From Lytechinus pictus (taxonomy: Eukaryota): a stretch of DNA of 64,000 bases. Location of the stretch: positions 35,094,001-35,158,000 of the forward strand of contig NC_087251.1 of assembly GCF_037042905.1 (NCBI RefSeq), given 5' to 3'. Shown in pieces: positions 52,223 to 64,000 of this stretch. How positions within the stretch are numbered: the first letter of the stretch is position 1; each line of letters starts with the position of its first letter. Position numbers and translations under genes: made by a program. A model generated the notes under the pieces. The model had not been told where the DNA came from. It saw only the letters and a program-made list of their open reading frames with translations, and searched no databases.

Positions 52223-54247
52223 TTAGGTATGGTAAAATACTGCCTGAAAACAAATAATTCTATATAAAGATTTTGTGAATAATTACGATATTTTTTTCTT
52301 GTAAATAGTGTAAATATGTTCATTGAAAATGATCGAAATTTTCTGCAACAGTATAAGTAGAATTAGTATTGATTTTGATGTACAATATTGAGATTTAGTT
52401 AGAATCGGTTATAATGTTATTAGTTGATGATTTAAGCAATGAAGCCTGTGGCATTTTTAATTATAATTTTGCGTTTTATATCAATCTTCCCAAACAAACC
52501 CCCCTCCCACGCTTTAGAACATCCATGTTTAATGATTTCATATAATTGAATGATTTCGTTTTTCTCCCAAAATAATCTTCCTCGCCCGATGGAAACACAC
52601 TCAGGAACATTCATGTTTGTCGATTACAAGGTTATATTCCTTGCGCATGTTCTGCTGTTTGCATACGAAAATAGTCCGATGAAAACCCCTCTTTGCCCAT
52701 TCTAAAGTATAATTGCTGCTTGTTTTTAACCTTACTGGACAATACGCTTCCCGCATTGGTTAAAATACTGCCCAAAATTGGTAGGACACATAATTACCCT
52801 CGTGCTGGTTAAAATTATACCCAATCTTTTTTTGAAAGCCAAACCCCTATATCCCATTAAAAATGATCCCAGGCACGCTTACTCTTCCTATATAGGGTTG
52901 AACTTGAATACGAATATTCCACCCATGCACTTAAATACGTCATCAAGACTTAAGGGATTCATTCATTCAATTTCGTTTGGATTACAAGAAAATGGCCATC
53001 GGCCTATTATTGATTAGTTAGACAAAGCCCCACATCACAATGCTACTATATATAGCTGTCGCTGTTATCACAAGTAATCTGAGACCCTGCCTCTGCCTTT
53101 ATTCGTCCTCCCCATCACTTAAGCCTTCATTAGATAAAACTGACATCATTAATGAAGCAATCGATATTGACGTAATACGTGAAAACCATGTTTGGGAAGT
53201 TCGAGTTGGTCAAGGTCAGGGATCGGTTAATGCTGCTTTTATAAACAAGTTTTATATTTTCAGCACCATTTTGTTTTATCGTGAGGACGTGCAATTAATT
53301 ATACTGAAGGATAAGGATTCATGGAAAAATGCAAGTGTCCCGTTCTGTTCTTCCGGGAAAATGTCCGTTCCAAGTTCACAGTTTTCAGGTAATTCAATTA
53401 AAACTCAGTCAAAGCTACGGAGGCGGGGCATTATTTTTAAAACAAATTCATTTATTTGTTTTCGTACACATCAGTTATCTGATAGTCGCTTCTTTTAATT
53501 TTCGTGTTTGATTGGGAACGGCGAATGGCGGAAATTATCAATTTACAACTAAACCAGACTGGCCGTGAGCGAGGGAGCTTGTGTTCCCGATAACAGATAT
53601 CATGCAGGGAACGAAATATATTATCAAGTATATTTGTAGGTTTCCATTATATACTCTCTCTGATCATCTCTACAGCTAGAAAATGATAACATCTCTTTCG
53701 TATGAAGTTTCGCAAATATTGTATATCGGGCGTTTCATTATATCAGGGAATTGAGAGTAGAATGTGGTCTCGGGCAATTTTTAGTTCGAATTCTTCATTA
53801 TTCTTCAGTTGCCATCCATGAGCTATAGCGTGCAGGGTCGGGGAGGGGGGTGGGATGGGTGCCCCCGGCAAAATTTTGATGACTTTTTAGGGGTACTTGT
53901 CAGAAATATTTGGAGGGATGTTTCGGAAAATGACGGCGACCTTTTACTCATATATACTTTCCTTCATTATCAGAAGAAAAAAATGTGGCTCCCTTTCAGA
54001 TATACCCATGCATCCATGTCTCCCCTCTTAGTTCAATACACGTCAGCTGAATCGAAATTAAAGAAATATAAAAACCTACAAATGGATGTGTCAGTGGGTG
54101 GGAGATATACAAAGTATTAGAATAAGACAAAATTGGGTACATTGTGCAGAAGAAAATGTAGATCGAGGTCGAGAGAAAATAGAAGATGGATTGAATGGAT
54201 TGAATGGATTGAATATAGCGTACAGACAGGAGCTATACCATTCAAAC

Positions 54248-54662
54248 CAGTGGCATAATGAGCAAAAATATTTTAGGTGGCAAATAATGGCATATGGGAA
54301 AAAAAGTCGCGAGCGGGTAAATTTGTTTTGGTCATTTTGAAAGGAAAATCAAGATTTTGACATAATATTCCAAAAAATGATATCATATTTCACCCGTTCT
54401 CTTCTTTTTTTTCTTCCTTTCTCCTTTTTTATTTTTATTTTATTTAATCTGTTGATTTATTTCCACTGTTATTTATTGATAGATTGATTTATCTATTTAT
54501 TTGTTTATTTATTTATTTATTTGTTTATTTATTTATTTATTCAGTCATTAACTTATTTATTTATTATTGATTGATTTATTCATTCATTCATTTGTATTTT
54601 GTCATTATTATCATTTGGGGGAGGTGGTCAAGTGCCCCATGCACCCAATCTTTACGCCCGTG
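54248..54662 (+). mobile_element. Old hAT-like MITE containing a (TTTA)n expansion
   Basis: Ends cagtggcata / tacgcccgtg; similar to 44848-45067; no clear TSD. Confidence 0.55.
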
Positions 54663-56159
54663 ATAACTAAACAAAATAAAAATCAGACTTTCTCGCCGTG
54701 TTAATAATAGGTGATGGTCAAACTCGATCCGATCGGACCTCTTTTTATTTATCTCTCGCTCTCATGGCGTCCTCTTCTAATTCTATCTTTATTACCAAGT
54801 CAAAGGCCAATGCCATTTTAATAGAGGGATGGCTACCCCCAGATGTTTCTCATTATCTTCCAATTATCCGTCAATATTTAGATTGACTTATGAACACGTA
54901 CATCCATAGAGTTGTCAAATATGCGGAATATTTTTAATGCGTTGTCAAGTGCTGCGGAGCACGTTCAGAGAAGTGAGATATAGGACGGTAATCTCTTTAA
55001 TTTTTTAGATTAAACGATGGAATCAAAGCAGGGTAGTTATAACAAACATGTGAAACTTGTATTTAGAGGAAATTCGAGCTCTTTATGTTGTTATTTTAGT
55101 TGCTAATAGGTCCTTCTATTTTATTTTGATACCAAATTAACCATCAAGAATTTCCCGTGTTAAACTTCACCAAAAACTCAAAACTTCTAATGAGGTACCT
55201 TGGATGTTGTCTTGTTAAATCTTGCGATGACGCATGGCACCACCCTATAAATGCAAAGGACTGCCAAACTTGAAGAATTATCTCACATATACCGGCATGG
55301 ATTGAAATTGGAGGGGACACCTTTGTACTGGTTCCTGTCTTTTCTAAGTTCAATAACTATTTTACATCTACCAACTCCTGTCTCCATCTCTTATCAAGGC
55401 TGTCTGCCCCTTACACTATCGAACAAGTTCCCGTCACGATACCCACGTCACCCCCTGAAACGCATTTTTCTTAAGCTCTCGACTGTGTTCTATAAAAAAA
55501 TTCTTAACTTGCTTCATGTCATATCTCACAATCCTTTGAAACGCCAGAAGCAATCGATGCTCAATAAACATGACAGTAGACAATCGCTTGTGTAAAGAAG
55601 AAAAATAAAGTGAAAAAGACACTGTCCTTGTTACACGTGCGTTATGTCGCAGCTACACAAACAAAACCCACCCCAGACCGATCAAAAGCTAATATTATTT
55701 TCAGTGACATCCCATTGTCCGGTTTTTAAGTTAGTTCCATTGGTGTGACTGTGACATTATGACGTAGTAATTATTACAAGGCAAGAAGTATTTCATCACT
55801 TGGGAGGCAGGCAAACCCATTTTCTTCTTCCTTCAAACATGTTCGTAGCCGGCGGCGAACTATATGAGATGTGACCCCCGGAGAGAGAGATGCGCATCAT
55901 TCAAGGTAGAGTTACGGTGTAGTTCCGTCGTTTTCCTCTGGGTGAATTGCCATGTCTGGCAATTTGGTTCTAAACAAAATAGTTTGGCTGGTTTCGAGCA
56001 GGATGCACTTCTTGTAGTCACATTTGTGTTTGGATCATCAACCCCGCATAAAACCCATTTATTTGTCCTTGAAGTACGGTACTTTTTTAGGTATCTGGTA
56101 GCCTGTTTTTTTCACAGGACATGTGAAAATAAACCATTGTTAAGACGTAGCTTGGCACT

Positions 56160-56284
56160 TCTTCTTTCATCCGACAATTAGCAAAGTAACAGTCCAACAC
56201 CTGTGCGTCTCAGCCAATCAAAAGCAAGGAAAGTTATCTGAGCTGACAACTGATCAAAACACATCGATGAAAGGCTTCCCAGGT
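56160..56284 (-). repeat. Dispersed repeat fragment, inverted relative to the copy near 58675-58812
   Basis: ccaatcaaaagcaaggaaagtt here is the reverse complement of aactttccttgatttttgattgg at about 58721. Confidence 0.55.
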
Positions 56285-58372
56285 CCTCCATAAGACTTCG
56301 GTCCTTTTGCTGCTTACCACCAAACAGTGTACCCTAGCAGCATGGACCCTACTAAGAATGTGTAATTTGTTATCCTCAGTCCTGGCTCTATTTTTTCTTG
56401 TTGTCCGTCCTTCGACCTTTTACTTAGAGACTCCAAATACGTATAAGATCATCGGTAAATTTATATGCATACCTGCATCAAATTTTAATCAATCCATCAA
56501 ACGACTCTTTAGTTATAGCGAGAACGGACGGACGCCGGGACAGAAGTCGAAGGTTACGTAGGTCATGCGGGTATTGGAGTCACAAGGGCTAAGACCAATG
56601 GTCAGGGTGGTAATAGTGGCCGTTCTTTACGTATGGGGTGTGGGTCACCTGACAAATCTCTATGAAAAACCTACTAGTTTTGAAAAATGACTTCATCATT
56701 GGTCTTCGGTTAGTCCAGAACATACAGGTGGAATACCGAAGGTATTATGTAGGTATGAAGACAGCATTGTCTGACCAAACATGACTCAAAGGGAATAGTT
56801 TTCAGTTGATCCTGTCGCTCCTCGGTCCAATTGTTTTCACGTTGGAGTGAAAGTATACAGTTACACCGACAAGACCGGCTCCAGGCCGACCAAATGCACT
56901 ACATTTATTTCCAGTGACATACCGTCGGTCGATCTGGAGCCGGCCTCGTTTGTTTTTCTGTAGCATCAAGGTCTACTGCCGGATCAATCATCTGTACAGG
57001 TCGATGACGTGTACATGGATTCTTGGTTATATTTTTCGACCATGATGCGGGTTTGCAGACGTCATTAGATTTCTAAATACCACTCCATCGACTGCAGGAG
57101 AATAAAACAAGAAGACAAATTCCCGACTAATGATGATATCATCAAATGAAACTATCATCCCGACTCGCGAGGGTATTCTCATTTCCTTGCCAGACTGCGT
57201 GGAGATGCTTGTCAAGGAAGACGTTCGAACACCGTGGGGGTAACACGGTGTCTCTCCTACAGCGAGGATGTGTATAATGTTAACAACAAACTCGACTGGG
57301 ACGGATTTAGGACTTAAGACTTGAGGTGGGGGAGGGGGGCATGGGCAATTTTTTGACCCAAAAAAGAAGAAAAGAAAAAAGGCCATCAGTTCAAAATCGA
57401 TGACTAATCTATTTTTAAAAAATTACAAAAAAATAAAAATAAAATAAATAAAGATTGTACGTGACATACGGATAATAGCACAGTTGGCATTCCATACTCA
57501 TGTGCAGTTTTTATTGCATGATTATCCTATTTAAATTTTTAAAATGGCCAAAAGTGTTTCGAAACATGAAATTCTAACTTTTCGTACATTGTCCTCCTAT
57601 AGTCCCCAATAAAAAAAAATTTTTGCATGCGATTGTAGAAACCTTTGCGTTTCATTGAATACAACTATCTGCAACCCTTCGATTTTTAGAAGAGTGAATG
57701 ACTGTTTAAATCATTTTCTTAGATGTGGGAATAGAAATGGCTTGCTGTTATTTTCTTTGCAAGGATTCTCCCTACTGTTGTTTCCACCATGTCCACGCCC
57801 TTCTTAATAACCTACATGCCCCACCTCTATACCGATAGCACATTTTTCTCTCATGTTCCTTTTCCCTCTTGTAAGTCCATGGTAATGACCCTTGTTTTAG
57901 GATGACGTGTAATTGGAGGGAGTAAGACAGAATGAGGTGTGAACATAGTGATTAGTAACACTGTGAATCAGCTCCCTCGTTCGCTTCCGTTCAAATCAGA
58001 ATCAACTCGCCAGGTCGGTGGCTTTTAAAGGGACTTTCGCTACGATTGATATCAATATTGGGAATTGGCATGTTACTTTATTGAATACATATGGAATACT
58101 TGAGGCGAAATTCCGACTCTTTATTTTTTACTTTTTGTGGAGGTGGGGGGGGGGGGGGCGCAGCAAAACGCTGCGAGAGGGAAAGAGAGTGTAGTAGGGG
58201 ATGGAGCGAGATTGGAGGATGACGGACGAAGGAGAGGTTGTGTGGAGTGTTTGTGTGTAGACAAAGAGAATATATATCGGGACCCGTTTTTTTGTAAAAC
58301 TTGTTATAGTAACATTGGCAATAACAGTTAAAAGCTATACTGAAATCCTGCGATCTGATTATTACATAAATT

Positions 58373-58406
<34 letters not shown>

Positions 58407-58430
58407 GGAGTTTGGATAGAGAGAGAGTGT
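58373..58430. repeat. (GA)n microsatellite
   Basis: Direct reading; a similar tract lies at about 8378-8430. Confidence 0.9.
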
Positions 58431-59472
58431 GGAAGATTGAAGAGAGGAAAGAGAAGCCGTAGGGAATGCATCTCCTATCACAAATCATCAACCACGCAAC
58501 GATTTTGAAAGTGGGGTCGATGACCATGCAATTTTTACGTTTTTAAACATTGTTTAAAAAAAAGTGTGTGTGTGCGTGTGTGTGTGTCTGTATAGGGGGA
58601 GGGGTGTCAGTAGGTTCCGCGACCCCTGCAAGTGGTCACATCATGTTCAGATTCTGGATTTGAGTTTTAGAGAATTTCATCAACTTTTTTCGGCTGACAA
58701 ATAATGTCTCGTATCTGAAAACTTTCCTTGATTTTTGATTGGTCACGTGACAGGTGTTACTCTGGTAACTGTCAAGGTGAAATATCTAATGAGTCTTTAT
58801 GAAACGCCCCCAGAAATTACACACGTAATGTGTACTGCAAACTTCGTCTCTTATACATGGAAATATTATTTTGGCTATCAACGTGTGGCGTTGAGAAAAC
58901 ATGTTTCCATATTTTTTGCGGCATTTTTTGGAACCATCTGATCTAGAAGATACTAATAGGGCAAAACGATTATTTGAATGTGGTGAAAGACTTGTCTCTA
59001 TTGTCTACAGACCACCCCTCTTGACTTCACCAAATTGATATAATTGAATTTTTAAATTATTATTATTAGTTGAGGTCTAAAAGGATAAGAGGGAAATGCA
59101 CGCAGTATATTCATCTTCATGCTTGTGCGATTATCAGTTATAGAATGAAAGAACATGTGATATGATCATCATGAAAATTAAGAATATACAACAATAACGA
59201 TTAGAAAAAGAAAACCCATGGGGACGGCTGTAGTCTGTCAGTAGTCACAGCCAAGCATGCGTGCAGCCATTTACTGCCATGACTTGGTCTGGTTGTTTCA
59301 TGAGCAGACAACAATAACATCTGAAGATTAGAGGGACAGAGCCGACAGACTACCCCGAGCCCCTTGGGGGCCACTTCATGGTTCACCCGTAAAAGCGACA
59401 TTGATACGACTGGTGGTAGTCGATTCTGTACTTGGCAATCAAGAATGCTATGAGAGCTACAAGTCATGTACC

Positions 59473-59735
59473 CATTGGCGGCGGAAGCCCAAAAATTTAG
59501 GGGGGCCAACTGAAATTTTGGGATGGACACAGATAAAAAAAAATTGATAAGCAAAAAAAAAAAAAAGGTAACCAACCAAAATTTTAATGGGGGGGGGGGG
59601 GGTGACAGCCAAAAATTGTTGACAAGCAAAAAAAAAAAAAGTTATCAACCAAAATTTTAGGGGGGACCGTCCCCCCACCTCAAAATTAGCGGGGACATGA
59701 CCCCCCGCCCCCCCCCCCCATTTCCGCCGCCTATG
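59473..59735. mobile_element. hAT-like MITE with 14-bp TIR and perfect 8-bp TSD
   Basis: TSD catgtacc at 59465-59472 and 59736-59743; TIR cattggcggcggaa / ttccgccgcctatg (1 mismatch). Confidence 0.92.
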
Positions 59736-59799
59736 CATGTACCTCTTTTGTACACAATCAATACGTTAAATTATAGATCATGTTAATCTACTGCACCTT

Positions 59800-59910
59800 T
59801 CATCATCATCACCACCACCACCGCCTCCATCATCATCATCATCACCACCATCATCCTCATCAACATCATCATCATCACTACAACATCATTATCGTTGCAT
59901 CATCATCGTT
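59800..59910. repeat. (CAT/CAC)n microsatellite upstream of exon f
   Basis: Direct reading. Confidence 0.9.
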
Positions 59911-59972
59911 GCTGTTGTTAATTGTATATCAAATGTATTTACTTTGAAAGTGACAATAATTTTTTGTTGCAG

Positions 59973-60125
59973 TTTCCGTGAAACAGATGTGCTACACCCG
60001 GGTAATCAATGGACAATGTTACGGAGGCAGTGGATCTCGGATGCCTACCACTCAGATGCAATGTTGTTGTAGTCTAGGAGCTGCATGGGGTTCTTCATGC
60101 GAACGATGTCCACAACACGGCTCTT
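59973..60125 (+). CDS. Exon f: TB (8-Cys) domain, Cys1-7 (VSVKQMCYTRVINGQCYGGSGSRMPTTQMQCCCSLGAAWGSSCERCPQHGS)
   Basis: Acceptor tttttgttgcag, donor t|gtgagt; 153 bp, phase 1-1; diagnostic CCC..G.AWG..CE.CP motif. Confidence 0.93.
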
Positions 60126-60997
60126 GTGAGTTCAAAAGTTGTCGGTTATTGCCCTTATACAGCGGGGGATCGAGAAGGAGGGGGGTGGGTCATTTTGTTT
60201 TAAGATGTCTTTTTATTCGTTTCTTACAGTGGCATCAGTATTCACAAACTTCGCAATCGAATAATTATAATAAAAAACAAGAAGTAATTGATATACATGT
60301 ACATAATAGATAGACTTGTATAGATCATCCATTTCAGTAAATATGTCTGGACCTGGGACAAATGCCTCCAGTAAGAACCCCCACCGGCCCAGCCCCCCTC
60401 CATATTTTTTTGCCTTATCCACCCCTGCTACAATATTTTTCTACCCCCCCCCCCGGTGACCTGCACGTATAAAAATCCAGTGCTGCCACTGCCGATATGA
60501 TTATCTTGATCGTTGATAGCAAACAATCATGTGCAGTTTCCATCGTTCCGGAATAATCTTTATTGATGCTTTCTTATATTTACTTTGTAGGCCATGTTTG
60601 AAGTGAAAAAGAACTACAATAACAGCAATGTTTCATTTTGTCGCTTATTATACATGTCAAGGTTTCAAAGTATTTAATTGTACTTTCTTCATTATTTTTT
60701 CTTTATAACTTGCTGACTATACAGATGCAACATAACATCTCTTGGCCAAATTTACTTATTCATAAGCCATTGTTGCTCATACATGAACCCATATTGTGTG
60801 TAATCTATATCCCAGAATTCCGGCCAAGTGTGCCCAAAATGAATTTAAAAAAAATGAAAAAGTGTACGGAATTTTTTTTCTCGAATTACTCGAAATTAAT
60901 TATTGGGTTTTTCTTGTATTCATAAAATCAAATGTATATGATTTTTTTTATTAGGCATATAATTCCTTATGTTTCTATGTTTCTTCTTTTCTTGCAG

Positions 60998-61066
60998 CTG
61001 AGTTCCGTGCTATGTGCCCACAAGGTACAGGGTACCATTATAAGCCGTCCAACGGATATAATCACG
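60998..61066 (+). CDS. Exon g: TB domain C-terminal part with Cys8 (SEFRAMCPQGTGYHYKPSNGYNH)
   Basis: Acceptor ttcttcttttcttgcag; EFxxxCPxGxGY is the canonical TB-domain end; 69 bp, phase 1-1 using donor g|gtagga (donor less certain). Confidence 0.85.
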
Positions 61067-64000
61067 GTAGGACACACCCCTTCTGGTTTCCAACTCACAA
61101 ATAAGCCTCCACACCATCTCCATTCCTCTCGAAATTAAACCAAACTTGACAACAACAACAACAAAATCGCACCCTAAAATCCACCTCCAATTTCACCCGC
61201 CATCCTCATTTTCTATAAGTTTTCCAAACTGAGATTAACACATCCTCTATTATTATTTCATTAACTAGATAACCAGATGTGCAAATCATCAAAGAATGAC
61301 TTTCATCCATATCTCAGCAGTTGAGGTATTGGAAGTACCAAGGCGCAGTCGAAAAAAATGTATAAATAGAATAAAATAATAAAAACCCCACTAACATTCA
61401 GTCTGAGCGCTCCATGCAAAAATTAAATAAAGTTACATAATACCATTTTTTACCCAATTATTAAGATTTGACATCGATAGTGACAAATACAGTGTGCAAA
61501 ATATACTTTCTCTTTTGGTCGTAGGTTAAGTAAACAAAACTGGCTACCAAATTATCCTCTCCCCTAAGAATAGGTGTATCGCACTGTTCGTGTATACAGT
61601 ATGTTTTTCTTTTGTTGCACATCTCACTTAAATAATATTGCATAAGTATAGTGATTGTTGATAAACTGTAGAATACATTGAAATGAAGAGTGTTTTTTTA
61701 TTTTTCATTGTTTCCCTTTCACGGCATCATCTTAAAGAAATATTTCTGCATTTTAGTTATTGATAAAAATGTGAACAATGACGTAAAGAGTGTTATCATC
61801 AATACAATGATGTCATAATAAATTGATTAATGGAGAGCCATTTCGATTAAATTTGATTGAATAACGAGGTAAACAGATTAAATAAGCTATATATCACAAT
61901 ACTTAATCGTTCATTCAATTATATATGGCGTCTGAAACATAGGTCCAATTAGAGACAATTAACTCCTCTGAAGGACAATATTATATTAGAAGTGTATTTT
62001 TATGATATCAGGGCTCTACGTGTATACTTGACCCTGTAAACGGAGGAAGCATTAAGGCAAATTAATGTCAAAGTTGTTTCAAATGTGAAGGGGGTGATTA
62101 CCGTGATAAATCCGTTGTTTAATCATTTTATATATCTGATTTTAAACAATTTCATATCTTTTATTTTGTTAATCAGCCTTCAACCAAGGTTTTGCTTTTT
62201 GACGTCAATGTGTCAACAATAATGGCTTCTCTTTGGATTGATCGCTAATTAATCATCCTTGCTTATATTCCTGAATTTTATTGATTGAATTCGTTATTAT
62301 AACCATTATAATCAAACGTGAATTTAGAAGTAGGTGAATGCTGGCTCTTTGTGATACTTATTGAAATTGAAATGACCGTGAGATTATTTGTTTTATTGCC
62401 TTGATTATCAAAATTATGCACACTGCACACTGTATATAGCACACACATCGCGTGGCAGGCGACCAGTATTGCATCGTGAGTTGTTTAAAACAAAATTGTT
62501 TGGGGTGCTGTGGCGTCATGTAATATCCAGGGTTGCCGTGAGTTCCGGTGGTTTTTTTTCCAGTTAATTGAATTATCCTTGTTTGTTTATGCATTTGATG
62601 TGTATATATTATGCTAGTATGCTATGCAATTGTTACTGCTCTCATCTGTGTTACACGAATATGCTGGGGTATACCAATGAATGTAATTTTGATGCATAAT
62701 TTTGCCAAGTGCGTATTGCTAAATCGTAACTCTAAATTAAGTTCATGGACCTGGCCATGGATGATTATGTATTGTTACTGGGGGGGGGGGGGGGGGGGGT
62801 GCTGTGACAATGCTTATCACCCCAGTAACAATCCTCCGTGGTCAGGTCTCGGAATAAGTCGTAGAAAAGAATAAAAAAGCCCCCCTCTAAACAAAAAACT
62901 AAAAAAAACGTAAACTGAATAGTGTGATAAAACCAGTGAATAAATCCTAAATATATTTACCCTTTGAGATTAAACAGCCATGAAAATACCTGTGCCATTA
63001 TGAACTTAAGATCTGAATTGAATTTATTACCAAATCTCAATCTCAAGATTAATCGTACAGTAAATGCATAACGTTTTGGAGGAGACTGATGAGGGGCTAG
63101 GTCTATATGGATAAAAAAAAAATCCAGATCGGCGGAGAATAATGATCAGTTGAACTCTGGATTTCATTTTAAATCCTATAGGTGTATTTTTAAATCTCAA
63201 ATGATTAGATTTAATATTGAAGTCTTAAATTCAAATATCCAAGGTTTCAAAGTTATTCGGTTTTTAATTAAAAAGGCATGCAATATAGAGTATTATAAGC
63301 TCTCTCATATCCATGTAATAATGTCCCGACGTGATTCTTAAAAGAAGTTATTCACAATTATGATAACTGTACTGAATGAATTATGGTCTCTTATTTTTAT
63401 CACTGTTGCAAGCAGATCACATATTGTCAAAATTTTTAAATGAAGTACAAGGAACATTAAATAAAACCTGATTCACACAATATGGAGAGAATTATGATCC
63501 CGATGTTTGCTCTATCACGATTTAAAATATATAATATATATTTCTTATATTTGAATGTCTGGTTTGCACTCCTTTTTCATACTAACGCATTCATTGTCAG
63601 CATGGCTGAATTGATTAGTATACAATAATTGTCACACTCATTTGCACGCATTTCTCTCTACATCTCTTCTCTTTTATGCTCTGTCGCTCATACTCACCAG
63701 CACCTGTCTCTTTCTTGCCATTGGCTTTTTATCATGTTTATTTATATATAAAAAACTGTCATATTCCATCGGCACTTTTATATTCATTTAGTTCAGCATG
63801 GTATATTTTACTTGTGAAGAACATTATTTTATATTTTCTGCCTTCTTTTCTATCTGAAGACGTAGCTATCCAGATGAAGTAAGGAAATGCTGAATGACTT
63901 AAATCTATTTAAGACATATTATAATACTTTATAATTATTACTATGTAGATCTCACACTCTCATAAGATAAAATGTAGTGGTTATTAATAAGAGCCGATCA

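Larger units (their letters stand above)
48011..52430 (+). mobile_element. Near full-length non-LTR retrotransposon (LINE; CR1/L2 group, Crack/Daphne-like), intronic, sense to the host gene; ends approximate
   Basis: About 370-bp 5' leader, two uninterrupted ORFs separated by 44 bp, AT-rich 3' region. No LTRs; no clear tail or TSD. Confidence 0.88.
13901..61066 (+). other. Span of a spliced LTBP/fibrillin-family (TB-domain) gene, partial: 7 coding exons identified, 5' and 3' ends not seen
   Basis: All seven exons have polypyrimidine-AG acceptors and GT donors and join in one open frame. Domains run across junctions (CTI|P|ICQPPC; CPQML|G|QELHC; GKCI|D|VDEC; QHGS|S|EFRAMC). Confidence 0.9.

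Noticed and set aside
20331..60313. Track ORFs 20331..20801, 36419..36757 and 59978..60313 as standalone genes
   Set aside because: They are exons b, c and f with read-through into intron; true boundaries are set by splice sites.
60160..60491. Possible hAT-like MITE(s) after exon f
   Set aside because: TIR-like ends are present but I could not pair them with any target-site duplication.

Overview
Eukaryotic, AT-rich genomic DNA. The repeat families look like those of a marine invertebrate deuterostome, probably a sea urchin (inference). There are no prokaryotic operons, CRISPR arrays or rRNA genes. The main feature, mostly hidden from the ORF track, is a + strand spliced gene with 7 recognisable GT-AG exons between 13901 and 61066 (1109 coding nt, about 369 codons). 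It encodes a TB-domain extracellular matrix protein: 4-Cys/FUN-like motif, EGF, a long basic Ser/Thr/Gly/Arg linker, an 8-Cys hybrid domain, one cbEGF and an 8-Cys TB domain. That order resembles latent TGF-beta-binding proteins (LTBP) more than fibrillin. The signal-peptide exon and downstream exons were not identified. One intron carries a two-ORF non-LTR retrotransposon with both ORFs open (L1-type ORF1, then APE endonuclease-RT) inside a nested stack of MITEs and a satellite-bearing element. The rest is tRNA-derived SINEs, several MITE families, minisatellites and microsatellites. Most short ORFs in the track are judged spurious.
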